Assembly: GCF_004010195.1 (NCBI RefSeq)
Contig: NC_057719.1
Location: 57,206,246 to 57,270,245, forward strand
Origin: Chiloscyllium plagiosum
Taxonomy: Eukaryota
Reading direction: 5' to 3'
Length of the DNA: 64,000 bases
Shown here: one piece after another, positions 1 to 13,725 of the stretch
How the letters are laid out: every line of letters begins with the position of its first letter
Numbering within the stretch: position 1 is the first letter of the stretch
The notes under the pieces: model-generated
Told to the model about the DNA's origin: nothing
Database searches by the model: none
Seen by the model: the letters and a program-made list of their open reading frames with translations, nothing else
Made by a program: the position numbers and the translations under genes

Positions 1-88
1 TCCTCGGATGCTGCCTGAGCTGCTGTGCTTTTCCAGCACCACTCTAATTTAGACTCTGGTTTCCAGCATCTGCAGTCCTCACTTTTGC
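1..88 (+). mobile_element. Penelope-like element 3' end (pLTR tail) fragment, truncated by window edge
   Basis: GATGCTGCCTGAGCTGCTGTGCTTTTCCAGCA...CCAGCATCTGCAGTCCTCACTTT is the same motif that follows the hammerhead core in the copies near 18480, 50590 and 60870. Confidence 0.75.
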
Positions 89-94
89 CCCCTC

Positions 95-1846
95 ACTTTA
101 AAGATTAGCAAGGCAGCCTATGGGTGGAACTGCAGGAGACTGGGGAGGTACTAAATGAGTATTTTTCATCAGTGTTTATTGTGGAGAAAGATATGGAAGA
201 TAGAGAATATCGAGAAATAAATAGCAACATCTTGAAAAATGTTCATATTACAGAGGAGGAGATGTTGGGTGTCTTAAAATGCATAAAGGTGAATAACTCC
301 CTGACACCTGATCAGATGTACCCTAGAACTTTGTGGTAAGAATGGAAAAAGATTGCTGGGCTACTTGCTGAGATATTTGTATCATCAATAGTCACAGGGG
401 AGGTGTTGAAAGACTACCTTGGTTAACGTGGTGCCACTGTTTAAGAAAGGTGGTAAGGAAAAGCCAGGGAACTATAGACTGGCGAGCCTGACATCGGTGG
501 TGGGCAAGTTGTTGGAGGGAATCCTGAGGGACAGGATTTACATGCATTGGGAAAAACAAGGATAGATTAAGGAAATTAACATAGCTTTGTGTGTGGGAAA
601 GAGTGTCTCACTAACTTGATTGAGTTTTTTGAAGAAGTAACAGAGAAGATTGATGAGGGAAGAGCAGTGGTATGTGATCTATGTGGGCTTCAGTAAGGTG
701 TTCGACAAGGTTCCCCATGGGAGACTGGTTAGCAAGGTTAGATCTCATGGAATACAGGGAGAACTAGACATTTGGATATAGAACTGGCTCAAAATTAGAA
801 GACAGAGGGTGGTGGTGGAGGGTTGTTTTTCAGACTGGAGGCCTATGATGACTGATGTGCCACAAGGATCGGTATTGGGTCCAATACTTTTTAACATTTA
901 CATAAATGATTTGGATGTGAACATAGGAGGTATAATTAGTAAGTGTGCAGATGACACCAAAATTGGAGGTGTAGTGGACAGTGAAGAAGGTTACCTCACA
1001 TCTTGATCAGATGGGTCAATGAACAGAGGAGTTGCAGATACAGTTTAATTTAGATGAATGTGAGGTGCTGCATTTTGGAAAGGCAAATCACGGTAGGACT
1101 TATACACTTAATAGTAAGGTCTTAGGGAGTATTGCTGAACAAATAAACCTTGGAGTGAAGATTCATAGCTCCTTGAAAATGGAATCACAGATAGATAGGA
1201 TAGTGAAGAAGGCATTTGCTATGCTTTCCTTTATTGGTCAGTAAATTGCGTATAGGAGTTGGGATGTCATATTGTGGCTATGCAGGACATTGGTTAGGCC
1301 ACTTTTGGAATACTGCGTGCAATTCTGCTCTCCCTCCTATAGGAAGGATGTTGTGAAACTTGAAAAGGTTCAGAAAGTATTTACAAGGAAGTTGCCAGGA
1401 CGGGAGGATTTGATCTATTGGGAGAGGCTGAATAGATTGGAGCTATTTTCCCTGGAGCATCGCAGGCTGACCAGTGACCTTATAGAGGTTTATAAAATCA
1501 TGAGAGGCATGGATAGGCAAGGTCTTTTCCCCAGGATGGCGGAGTCCCAAACGAGAGGACATAGGTTTAGGGTGAGAGGGGAAAGATATAAAAGAGACCT
1601 AAGGGGCAACTTTTCATGCAGAAGGTGGTACATGTATGGAATGAACTGCTTGACCAAGTGGTAGAGCCTGGTACAATTACAACATTTAAGAGGCATCTGG
1701 ATGAGTATATGAATTGGAAGGGTTTAGAGGTTTATGTGCCAAATGCTGGCAAATGGGACTAGATTTATACAGGATATTTAATCAGCATGGAAGAGTTGAT
1801 CCGAAGGGTCTGTTTCCGTGCTGAATATCTCGATGACTCTATGACA
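95..1846 (+). mobile_element. CR1 LINE, 5'-truncated, decayed ORF2 (reverse transcriptase) plus 3' UTR
   Basis: ORF fragments contain VPQGSVLGP, ADDTKIGGVV, LVRPLLEYCVQF and RGHRFRVRGER. Frameshifts and stops are present. Ends in a GACTCTATGAC tail. Confidence 0.95.
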
Positions 1847-1949
1847 TACTCATTGCAAATACACCTGCATCTCATCCCTCACTGAATTGCTACACACATA
1901 ATGGAACCTTCTGCTCTCACTGGTGGTGAACTTTGAGATGGAATGGCTA

Positions 1950-2880
1950 TATAATTAGGCAAGAACTGTCAACCAGTATGGTCAAATGGATGATCAATCC
2001 TGGCCTTCTCCTCAGGTCCTCAGCATCACAGAGACCACTCTTTAAGCAATTCAATTACTTCCACATGGTATCAAAACCAGCTGAAGACATTAGTTTCTGC
2101 AAAGACTGTGGACACTATACCAACATTCCAGCAATAGTACTGAATAATTATGCCCCAGAACTAGCCACACCCTTAACCAAATTGTTCCCGTATATGTATA
2201 GCATTGTTGGCTATCCTGCAATGTGGGAAATTGTCCAAGTATGTCTTGTGCAGAAAATGCAGGACAAATTCAAGCTGGCCAATCACTTTCCAATCAGCAA
2301 TTACTTGATTTTCAGCTAAGTGATAGCAGAGGTCGTTATCAAGATGCACTTACAAAGTAATAACCTACTCATTGATGCTCAGTTTGGCTTCAGCCAGTGT
2401 CACTCAGCTCCTGACCTCATTACAGTCTCATGACTAAACCTGAACAAAGGACTTGAGTGCAGAGGTGAAGTGGGAGTGGCCACCTTTGACATCAAGGCTA
2501 CATTTGATTGAGTTTGACATCATGGAGTACTAGTCTTTGGAATTCTCTACCCCAGGTGGCCGTGGAAGCTCAGTCACTGAGCAGAAACAAAACCAAAATC
2601 AACAGATTTCTGGAGACTAATCACATTGAGATCTGGAGAGAGCTTGGAAAAAGAACAGAGAAAATGATCAGTCACAATCTTGATCTGGGCAGGTTCAACA
2701 GGCTGGATAGCAATCTCCTGTTCATACATTCCCTTTCCAAAAGTTCTGAGATTGTCTCTGTGCCCTTAGGATTGCAGCAGTTCAAAAGGCAGGTCACCAT
2801 CAATTTCTCCAGGGCAATTTGTGATGGCTGATTAATGCTGGCCTAGCCCATGAAGCCCATATCCCATGTGTAAATGAAAA
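1950..2880 (+). mobile_element. Old CR1/L2-group LINE fragments (RT region and 3' tail)
   Basis: Peptide PAIVLNNYAPELATPLTKLF...ANHFPIS, then a TTTGACATCAAGGC (D.K.AFD-like) motif. The tail at 2770-2880 recurs near 6180-6295 and 46865-46935. Confidence 0.75.
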
Positions 2881-5712
2881 TATAATTGGTCCTGATGCCT
2901 TTGCACCTGTCCAAGAAGTAAATTCTGGGCATGAAGGCCCTCTGTTGACATTCCCATCCCATCAACTGATGTCCTTAATTGTCCATGTAAGGACCATATC
3001 CTACACCATTGGGTCTAATCTAGTTGTAGGTGGATTTATTACCATGCAACATGAATAACAGGTCCATCTGTGTGGGCTGGTTGTCACCTTGTTTGGGGAC
3101 AATGGTTATGCAATCAAACAAAATCAGCTCCTCTTCAATGGACTGGAAATTGAGAAGGAGGTGATGCAATGACAGCCAAACCCTGCTCTTCCTTTTAATT
3201 CCCAACCATCTTATCCTCTCTATCCCAGCACCAACCCTGCTCCCGAATCACACTTACTTGTAGCCAGGGTCCCCCACAATCCTGAAACCCCAGGGTCCCC
3301 TCAATGCTGCACATTTCTAGCCTCAGATTGGCCAGCAGCTCTCACTAAACTGGACTTCCATCCCTGGTAACTAGATTTAAGCCTTGCCACTGCCTCATGG
3401 TTTGTGGTTCAATAAACCTTCCTGAGATGATGCACCACATGTTTTCTGCTGGTCTCCAATATGCACTATCCCCACAACACTATAGCAAGTTTCTGTCTCT
3501 TAAATCAATCCCACAACATCAGTGCCAACCCACTGTTTCTTCAATTGTAGATTGAAGAGCACCTCATGGCTCTCCAATTTCAAGAACTCACCTGCCCACC
3601 TTAATCGGACAGCAATCTCATCCTCTGGTTGTTAATTTGCTAATGTGGAGAAAATCCTTGCCATGAATGTTCTGCACATAGTCCAGACTTGAGACCCCCA
3701 TATGGCCTTGATGGAAGCTTTGGAAGACTGCAGCAAAAATCCTGCCATGCTTCCAGAAGCTAGTTCTTCCTGCCACCAATTTACATTTAGAAACACTTTG
3801 AGAAGTATGCACTAGATTGTAATGCCACTGCTGTTGTTCCATAATTCACAAATAGCACTGGCGTTCCATTTTGTGTCTGCAGTAATTTGCAGTTTTGTAA
3901 GTGTTTGAAGTGTGTATCTGACACGCAGGTGAAAACTCATTTCCCTCAATTTGTATTTCCAGTGTAATGGCCGACCATTGCCTTTTAATAATCCTGCCAG
4001 TTGGAAGGTGTAACGCTTTGATTGCCTCATCAGTCCGACTTGTCACTCATTTCCAAGGAGCAATATGTATAAAGCTGGCTTTGCTAGTATGATGGAAATT
4101 GGAGTACTAGAAGAAGCACTTAATGCACTGCTTCAAAAGGCTGGAAGCAGCTAATTTACCGGCAACTTGTTGTCATGAACATTTAATCTTCTAATTGCAC
4201 AATTATTAAAGAAAACTAATTAGCAATTATGTTTGATACACCTCTTGATCATTTTGTTTGATAATTTTGGCAGGAGTTTGAGCACACATCATCACGGTGG
4301 GATTCTGGATGCAAAAGTCTGCCATGGGTAAATTCAATGCTACATCTGGGCTCATTTCTGATTTAAGGAAAATGTAATGTACCTGTCTGCATCCAACGTA
4401 CAGTCCACTAGGTAATGTATTTCTGTAAACTAAAATTCATGGCTGTTATGAAATTGGTTAATTCTTCCAACAAATGCAATCAGCTAATATGATAACAGTA
4501 ACAGAGGCCAAATCAATACATAGCAACCAGAACCTTATTTATTCTAGGCAGGCCAATTCCAGCTGCCCTGATAGTTATACAATTTTTTACTATGTGTTCT
4601 CTCCTCATCTGTTTCATTTTAATTCAACAAACTGCAATTAAGCAAGTTAACAAAACATCTCTGCTATTCACAAAAACAGTTGGGGAATAGAGAATAGAAA
4701 TTAGTCACACTAACTAGCTACTGGGCGCACTGACATCCTTGGAAGCCTTGTATTAAAAGCTACAATACAGCATACTGTGTACCACAATAAACAATTAATC
4801 ACATGGTTATTATCTTTGACATGTTTCACTATAGAAGATTGCCCAAAGCCTCTAATGCTATAATTTTCTTGTAAATATAATTTGTAAAAATGTAAAGCCA
4901 GTTAAATGCATGACGCTGGAAAATGTGGACTCTGATAACAAATCAATGGTTCTGCACTGGTAATGCTGACAGGATTGTCAATCTCTGTTAATTTTCAACG
5001 CAAACGTTCTTTTCTTCATCACAAACAAAGGCAGAGAGCCTGTTACTGTGCATCCTTCTTTGTGGAGTAATGGACATGGATGCTGGTCGTGCCAAAGCAA
5101 TTTCTCTTACATGCAGCAAAAGCAAACTCAATGTGTCCGAATTGCTAGGAATGTCCTTGCATTTATTAATCTGAAAGACTACTTTAAAGCGCAACAGACA
5201 TTTCATTAGAGTGAACCATAGAGAAAATGTATAATGTGTCTGTCAAGCAGTGACTGAACATTGGAACAATTACATCTCCTTCTAAGCACAATTATAGCCT
5301 GGCACCATTCACTTCATTATTATTAGTAAACTCCCTGCTCTGGTTGGACAAAACATACTTGTTCACACGAATAGTCCACATAACAATTTTGCTCCTATTA
5401 GCCAACCATTTAACAAAGGTACAACAAGGCATAAAGAAATCATTTTGGCTTTCAGTCAAGAGTTCAGATACAATTTGTAGTTTTGATATTAAAAGTTTTT
5501 TTTTCTTCCAAGGAAAGCCTCTTCAAAATATACATGAGACATTATTAAAATCTACAGACTGTTCCTTTTAGTAATTTATTTGTATTATCTTTTATGCAAA
5601 CTTGAAGATAATTTTAAGTAATTTTAGGCATGTAGGTTACCTTTGGAGTATAAGATGCATGTGGCATTTTTGTCAAGCTTCTTTATTGGCTTTTTTAAAA
5701 ACAATGTTTTCA

Positions 5713-5955
5713 TTCCAGCCTCGGGCGACTGTCTGTATGGAGGTTTTACCTTTTTCCTGTGTCTGCATGTGCTCTGGTTTCCTCTACAGTCCAAAGATGT
5801 GCAGATTCGGTGGATTGGCCATTGGAATTGAAGAATTACAGGGATAGGGTATGGGGGTGGGTCTGGATGGAATGCACTTCAGAGGGGTGGCCCAGGCTCG
5901 ATGGACCGAATGGCCTGCTTCCGCACTGTAGAAATTATATGATTCTATGATTCTA
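5713..5955 (+). mobile_element. HE1-like tRNA-derived SINE, 5'-truncated
   Basis: Shares GGTTTCCTC..CAGTCCAAAGATGTGCAG and a GATTCTATGATTCTA tail with the other SINE copies in the window. Confidence 0.85.
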
Positions 5956-7665
5956 AGAATGAATCATAAGGTGAGGCTAATGCTGTGTATATATTATAGT
6001 AATAAGGAAGAAACTTAAAATACAATCAGGCTAAAATAGTTTTCTAAATATAGAAATTTAAAACATATTTCTTATAGGATCCAAACTGAGCATATAATGT
6101 CAAGATCATGTGTTAACATACAATTTTGGAAGGCATCATTGACACAGCGAGATGTGGATATAGACAGACAGACCAATACCACATGGACTGCAGAGCTTCA
6201 ACAAGGCAGCTCACTGTCACATTCTCAAAGGCAGTTAGGGATGGAGAATAATTACTGCCTTCTCAGTGGTGCTTATCCTCTGTGAAGGAATAAAAGATAT
6301 GAGTAGAGGACACACAATGTACAAGGTGGAATGTGCACTGAATGAGGATGTTGACACTGGTTAAAATATTACTTTCATAAAATGAATAACGTATTCTAAC
6401 ATGTAACATTGATAACATCGACTATACTTACTGTGTTATAATTATAAAAAACAGCACATATGAATGTCATACAAACATCATGCCTTTCCCAGCTCTTTGG
6501 AAGAGCTATCCAATTAGTCCTCCTCCCAGCTTTTCCTTTTCAAATATTTATCCAATCTTTTGCAAGTTGCCATTGAATCCGCTTCAACTCTTCTTTCAAG
6601 ATTTTCATTTCAAATCACACCAACTGCCTGTGTAAAATAAACTTCCCTTCATTCTGTTTCTACTGTTTATTCTTAAAAAAATTGTTTTTGGATTTATGCA
6701 CCATACTATCCACTGTACAACTTACAGACCAGATGTTAACTCATTCAAAATCAAATCTACATGAATAGAGTTAAAATTGCACCAATAAATATGTAAATTC
6801 AAAAGTAAGCTCAAGACAAAAGCAATCTTACAATGTAAAAATGCAATGTTTCTCATGAACCAAGATGATTATGTGGCATTTAAAAATGCTTTAAAAGTTA
6901 TTCTTTCATATACTTGCCAATGTTTGATTAAAGTAGCTGAAAATAAAATCACCACATCGAATAAGTAATTTCATCACTGTCAATCACCACCTCCAAGTAA
7001 CCCAATTTCACATGACTGAAATTCACTTTGGAATTTCTGGTTATATCAGTCAGATTAGTCAATTTCTTGGCAAATTACGATTAAATTTGCACTTCAAAAG
7101 TTTTTTACATATATCTTTTGGTCTCCTTCTACCTGAAAACTAGTTTAAATGTTAAAGCTTCCCAAAGACCTGCAAACTGGTGTAACTAGCAGGGAGTTCC
7201 AATCCTGTTTGATTGTTTCTTAGGGGTAAGATCCTAATTGCAATAACCAACTTGAGCTGAAGGCAGATTGTACGAAACATTCCTTGAGCTGTGACATTGT
7301 TTAAACTGATTTTGTTGATATGGAAAAAATAAATCTGTGGAATTGATACAATAATCTTAATGAAACATAAAAGATTTTCCTCACAATTCCAAAGACTGTA
7401 CTCTTCCACTCTTCCGTTAGATGAGGCCAACTAATGTCTAAAATGGGACATGATGAATCTTATTTTTGTATTGTTGGAATATTTTCTCTTGCAAGATCTT
7501 AATTGATTTTAATCTTCCATTTGAAACCAGTCATTGTACCAAAGTTTATAATGCTAGTCATTTAGCACGCTCACTTTTTGTTTAGTTAGCAAACTATGGC
7601 TATAATTATGATAACTGATTTTACATTTAAAAACTTTCCAGGTTGAGAATAGGCACAAAATTATT

Positions 7666-10600
7666 GGGCTTAATCTTCCCAGGTACTGAATAGCATGGGC
7701 TATTGGGAAAATCTGGGAAAATCGGGTGAGATGTTGAGCAAGGCCTTTCTTGGTATCACATTTTCCAATTAATTCCCAGAAGTCAAGACAAGTTTCTTAC
7801 TAGTAAGCAACGATAGGTCTGTTAACAAGAGTGATTGCTCATTGTCCCCCTCATTACTGCATAATCTTGTGTCATTAATATGCATGTTCCCATTCTAATA
7901 CCCACTAGTGAGAAACTAGATGCCAAGACCTCCCACCATAAAGGTCTGTGCAGGTATTGGTGATTCCAGATTGCCACTTGGTCCTCCAGACCTCCATCAT
8001 GGACAGCTAGCACAAACATCTCAGAGGTAACTTTCTTGCCTTGCTGTTCATTGCAGACCCAAAGTCAGGCAGCTTATCATGATTGTCAGCAGTCAAGGGG
8101 GAGGACAAGTTACTGTATAGCATTGTGTTATGTTAACCTCATACATACAGCAAGTCCTAGCAGTTTACATGGCAAACATACTGCAAATGCACAAATCAAA
8201 TGGCCATGACTCAAATTTGAAGGAGACTGGTCCTCAAGCTGGTAAAGAGTACCTGCTACCTGTCAGGAGGTCCTGCTACAGTATGTATTCACTGTCCAGG
8301 GATGTAGGAGTGATCAGTTGTCTACTCAGGGCAGTCAGGGTGAGGGGCTTAGTCTCGCTACACTCTGGTGAGTAGACCATGATCAGTTTGCCAGGCCCTG
8401 AATAAGTAGTCAGGAGATCTTCAGATCATCAGTCGGGGATCTGTAGAGCGAGCATTCAAAGATCTGGGTAGTCATCAGTCGAGGCTGTTTGTCCAAGTCA
8501 GCTTTGATGGAGGGCAGTAGTTGAGATGTGTGGGAAGAGTAGGTCAGTTCTGGGGATCAACTGGATGAATGTCAGGGGAGTGCGTGCAAAGGTTATCAGG
8601 GAACACCGTGTGATACATAAGTAATTGGAGATAGCAATCTGGAATGCTGAAGGAACAAGAATGGTGAAATGGTGGTGGGGTAAAGGAGCTGGTGCATGGC
8701 AGGACATGGGACACTGTAGGATGGAGATATTGTAAGTGGTCAACACCACTATGACTTCAAAACTAGTGGGTGGGTAGTGTGCATCATAATGGTGGACAGG
8801 ACTAAACTGCAGTGAATGGAAGGTTAGGATGAGAGTTACAGCTGCATTTCTAGGTGATGGATGGGAATATGTAGGAGACCAGTAATAATGGGCTGCTTAG
8901 TATAACTCCCAGGTAGAAAGAGGTAGAAAGAGTTTGAGGGGGGAGCTTAATAACCAGGCTGAGCCTGAGAGTCATGGTATCAAGTGTGACCAATGTTGTC
9001 CTCCATAGATCTCTCAATTCCTAAACTTGACCAACAAATGGAAAATGGTTGGAACGACAGCTAGAGTGGGTGGAGTCAGTGTTTTATTCTGTCCCACAAC
9101 CCAGGCTCCACTTGTGAAAGACAGAAGACCAGTCAAGGGGTAATTACAACAATCACACACACACCTGCCAAATGCAGAGTGAAGACATTTGTAATTGTGT
9201 ATGGGAAATCTGTGCAGTGTACACTTATGTGTGGTGTAAGTGCTGGTCACAAGCTCCCCTGACCACATCATTGGTCCTGGCAGGTTGGAGATAGTCATCT
9301 CTGTGAAGCAGAAATAATTCCAGATGATCTTAAAAGAGCACTTGTGGGCCACAAGGCTAATACAAGACCTAACAGGCTACACAAGGGCATGGAGCTGATG
9401 GCTTTCAACTTCATCTGTAAATACAATGTAAGACTCTGTTATATAAAATAAGATATTTAATGGCTGATGTTGGGCTGGGAAGAAAAGGATTGAAGCAATT
9501 ACAATCTCATATTGCCTCTTTTTGACATACTAATGCTACATTTCTTGGAATTAGATCCAATGTCAAAGCTCCTTGAGCAGGCATTCCATGGCCCTCTGTA
9601 TCAGGGTACTCCATGTCTTGGAGAAAAGGCAAAGCCATTATTGTAATGTGAGTGATGTGAATGCTGAGTGCTCACATTACTAAGGACCTGTTCTGTTTCT
9701 GATGTTCCCCACACAGGTTCATTGTAACTGTGACTGATAGATCCGCCACAGCAGGGGTTGGCCTTGCTGTTGTTGTAGGCCCAGAGAAACAGAGAAGGAA
9801 TTGATGTTTCATAAAACCCAGGACCAGCAGCAACCTCCAGCAGAACCCAACAGCAGCCTCCACATGAAGAGGCCCCAGCTGAAGGTTCCATCCAAATGTG
9901 CTGGAGGTGGAGGAAAGCCAGACTCTATCATCCTTGATGTCATTTTCTCAGCGGAACAAGGTACAATGTCACTGCAGACTGAGAATGTCCTGGGACACTG
10001 TCACAAAATGATGCCAGCTGCTGGACTGAGATGGTGATCCCAAGGAGTGGGTGATCATTCGATTCTGGTGGTTGCCAAGGTGCCAGCTGTGTTGAACATT
10101 GATGTGACTGGCTCCTTCCAAAGAGGCACCTGGGTGGGATCTCTCAATTGTCCTCCTTCGAATGTATGAAGGGTGCTACCGATGTCATTTGTGCCAGGCC
10201 ACAGCAGTTCACCTTGCTTCCCCATGACGAGGTCAGTGCTGCAGCCCTGCAGCGGGATACAGTAACATTGCTGCCTTCCCCAGGATCAGGAAGTGGTGGA
10301 GTATACACATCATGCTGAGAGGACCACTTCATAACAAACCTTAACTCATCAATAAAAAAATTCCACCAATGTGCAGGTGGTCTATGATCATCGGTACGAC
10401 CCCTTAGAAGTTTGCACACAGTACCCTGGGAGCTGCCAGGATGCCTGTATTCTTGACAACTCTTATGTTCCGGATGTGTTTGAGGGGCTAGATGCATTAC
10501 AAGGCTGGGCGCCGTGATCACTCATTAACAATAAAGTTTGATGTTTGACATGCAAGCAGTTAGTTTCTCTTCTGAGAGGAAAATTGTAGCTTTCGTTTGT

Positions 10601-11400
10601 TTGCTTTCTGTTTGCTTTCGTTGGTATTGGTGAATAAACGTGAATGTTTCGATGTGACTGAAGGAACAGTGATAAGGTGCTGAGCTGCAGTGGGTATTTA
10701 CAACGAGTAGCATTGGCGTAGAAGGTTGTGAGAGGGAAGGTGTCTGAGGACAGGGCGAAAGTGGATACTGCAGCTGCTAGAGTCAAGATTAGAGTGTGCT
10801 GGAAAAGTACAGCAGGTCAGGCAGCATCCGAGAAGCAGGAAAATCGACATTTTGGGGATTCTTGATGAAGGGCTTTTGCCGAAATGTCGATTTTCCTGCT
10901 CCTCAGATGCTGTCTGACCTGCTGTGCTTTTCCAGCACCATTCTAATCTATGTCTGAGGACAGATGAGTTCTGTGGCCTGGTGCTCAGAGAATATCATTG
11001 TGCAGTTGTATGTGCAAATAGGTGCCAGCCATGCAGTGAGATGCATTGATTTGTGACTGCTGTGCCAATATATTGATGGTGAAGGGCAGCTTCAGCATGC
11101 CATCAGCATGCTTCAGCATGACTGGGTGCATGGCATCAATGCCTGGTATCCAAGGATATTCCAGTAGTGGTGAGTATTTCTGCCTTTAGTGAGTGAGAAA
11201 ACCAGGCTAGTATTGAACCAGACGAATGCCATAAGGGCATGGCACCTGCTTAATGAAGTAAGTTTGAGACAATCACATAAGGAATCTTACTGTGCTTCAC
11301 TGTGTGTATCCCTCCATGAAACCCAATGAAATTGACAGCCAATTTCTGGTACGATTCAGTCCATAATAATTTTCAGCCTATTAGAATCTTCCATTGGGCT
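7666..11400 (+). mobile_element. Decayed Harbinger/PIF DNA transposon; transposase remnant at about 9800-10520
   Basis: Plus-strand fragments VAKVPAVLN..TGSFQ (~10072), NVQVVYDH (~10368) and EVCTQYPGSCQDACIL (~10407) match the DDE_Tnp_4 motifs VKVTxALxF..GSFQ, NVQxVCD and YPGSxHDxxIL. Outer boundaries are uncertain. Confidence 0.65.
10754..10950. mobile_element. Palindromic Penelope-end mini-element with decayed hammerhead core
   Basis: Inverted arms at ~10786-10855 and ~10878-10949. Direct repeat TGTCTGAGGACAG at 10741-10753 and 10951-10963. Confidence 0.85.
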
Positions 11401-11499
11401 TATTATTTTGTTGCTTTGGCTCTGTTAGTTTCATCAAGTTTTTGAGGGAGGAAGTAGTTTTCTCGCTGCAAGGCATAGCGAGGATCTTACCAAACACAT

Positions 11500-13725
11500 T
11501 TTACTTTCAACCTGCCCAACTCCTCTGGTGCCCCTTTTGCCCAATTCTGTCCCCATCTAAACACCCGTTCCTGGAACAACTTGTCTCTGCTGAGATATCC
11601 TGGAATTGACAGACATCCCTGGTTCTGGCGCCATCTTTATGAGCCCATTGTGTACCCAGCCAAACACTGTCAATCTGGAACTGCCCTGCATTATTCCTGA
11701 TACTTACCTTAGACATGGCACACAAGGGAAAATTGTCATCCCACACTGCAGTCAGGAACTCGGAAATCCTGTTGGATGGGGATCTCTCCATATCTTGCCA
11801 CCTCATGGTTTCCCAACCTTACACAGCCCGCTTCTACTCTCTTTCCCAAAATCCATAAGCAGGACTGCCGTGGCAGACACATCATCTCAGCCTGTTCCTG
11901 CCCAACTGAACTTATTAATTCTCACCTTGACTCTATTTTTTGTTCCCTTGTTCAGTCACTTCCCACTTACAGTCAAGAGTGTGTTGCTGGGAAAGCACAG
12001 CAGGTCAGGCAGCATCCGAGGAGCAGGAGAATCGACGTTTCATTTACATTCATGATTCATTAGACACTTTACATCGGTTCCAAGATTTCCAGATTTCTGG
12101 TCCTAGCTGCCGTGGATGTACAATCCCTATACATCTTATCCCTGTCTGATTGGTCTGAATGTTCTCCACTTTTTCCTTGTAAAGGCCTGCATGGTCTCCA
12201 TCCACCAACATCCTGCTCCAGCTGAGCTTGTTCTCACTTTGAACAACGTCTCCTTCAACTCATCTTATTTTCTCCAAGTCAAAGGTGTGATCATGTGTAT
12301 CTGCATGCTCCCAGCTATGCCTGTCTCCTTATGGGCTATGGCTGCAGATCTCTGCTTCATTTATCAATCTTGCTTCCAATTTCCATCCTTTTCTCACCTT
12401 CACCTGGTGCATCTCTGACTCGTCCCTTCTCTTTCTTTACTTTGTTGTTTCCATTTCTCAGAATAGGCTGTCCGACAATTTTTATTACAATGTCACCTGC
12501 TCCCACTGTTACCTTGACTCTCCCTGCTCACATCTTGCTTCCTGCAAGGCTTCCATTTCAATCTCCCAATTTCTCTTTCTCTGTTGCATTTCACCTTTTC
12601 CTCAAATGAGGATTTTGCTCCCTGCCCCAACACTGAGGCTGATGCAGCCATGTCTGAGCCATCCTCTGTACTTCTGCCCTCACTCTCCTCCTTCTTCCTA
12701 GAACATGGATAGTGTCCTCCCTGTCCTTACCTTCTGCCCCACCAGTCTCCACAATCAAAGGATTGCGCTCCTCCATTTCTGCCACCTCCAGCAGGATGAC
12801 ACCATCAAACACATCTCTTTGCCTCCACTTGCAGCATTCCACAGGGACCATTCTCTCTGTAGCATGCTTGTCCACTCTTTCATCACTCCTAACGCTTCCT
12901 CACTCTTCCATACCACCTTGTCATGTAATTGTAGAAAGTGTTACACTTGCTCATTCATGTCCAAGGGCCCACACATAACTTCAAGGTGAAGCAATGAGTC
13001 ACGTGTACTTCTTTCAATCGAGTCATGCACTGCTCACAATGCAGCCTCCTTTCCGTTGGTAAGGCCAAACTCGCACTGGCTGACCACTTTATAGAGCACT
13101 TCTACTTCTTCCCCGAATTGACCTCCTAGTTGTTTACCATTTCAGGAGAGCACATTGCTATCATGATAACATTTCTGTCCTGGGCCTGCATCAACTTTGC
13201 AAAGATGCAGAACAAAAACTCATGGAATAAACCCTCGTTTTTCACTTGGGAACCTTATAGCTTCGAGGTCTCAATATTGAACATGCTAACTTCTGAAACA
13301 AAATATATCAAGTGTGTTATACACTTGTCTTACATTTTCTCCTGCAATCCCAACCCCCAACCCCAATACACTTGTAGTGTTTGTATCTTGCTTACTTTGC
13401 TGTTAGTAGAGAGGACTCATTCTCTCCCCTTCACACTTGAATTTACACCCACTTTACATCTCTTTTGTCTTTTGCACTAGGCTATGCCTCTTTCAAATGT
13501 ATTTAAACAATGTTTATCACCCTTCAGTTCTAAAGAAGTCATACCAAACTCAAAATGGTATGTCTGTTTCTGCCTCCACAGATGCTGCCAGAGCTGTAGA
13601 AGTTTTCAAGTAATTTCTGTTTTTGTTGTTAATTTCCAGCTTCCACAGTCCCTTGGTTTATTCTTGTCCAGCATTCTCTGTGATGGTTTCAGATTTCCAG
13701 CATCTGCAGTATTTGCCTTTATTAC
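11500..13725 (+). mobile_element. Decayed Penelope-like retroelement (RT, Zn-finger, GIY-YIG endonuclease, 3' pLTR)
   Basis: FPKIHKQDCRGRHIISACSCPTELI, ELVLTLNNVSFNSSYFLQVKGV, APSYACLLMG, PPLAAFHRDHSL and CNCRKCYTC are followed by a decayed GIY-YIG region at ~12980-13100. Pseudo-LTR tail motifs lie at 13520-13720. Confidence 0.9.
11970..12041 (-). mobile_element. Short inverted Penelope-end fragment inserted in the Penelope RT
   Basis: GCTGGGAAAGCACAGCAGGTCAGGCAGCATCCGAGGAGCAGGAGAATCGACGTTTC interrupts the SLPTY/YIHDS reading of the RT. Confidence 0.8.

Noticed and set aside
10754..10950. Palindromic elements as DNA-transposon MITEs or miRNA hairpins
   Set aside because: The arms are asymmetric, match Penelope ORF-linked 3' ends, and have variable 13-15 bp direct repeats rather than a fixed transposase-type duplication.
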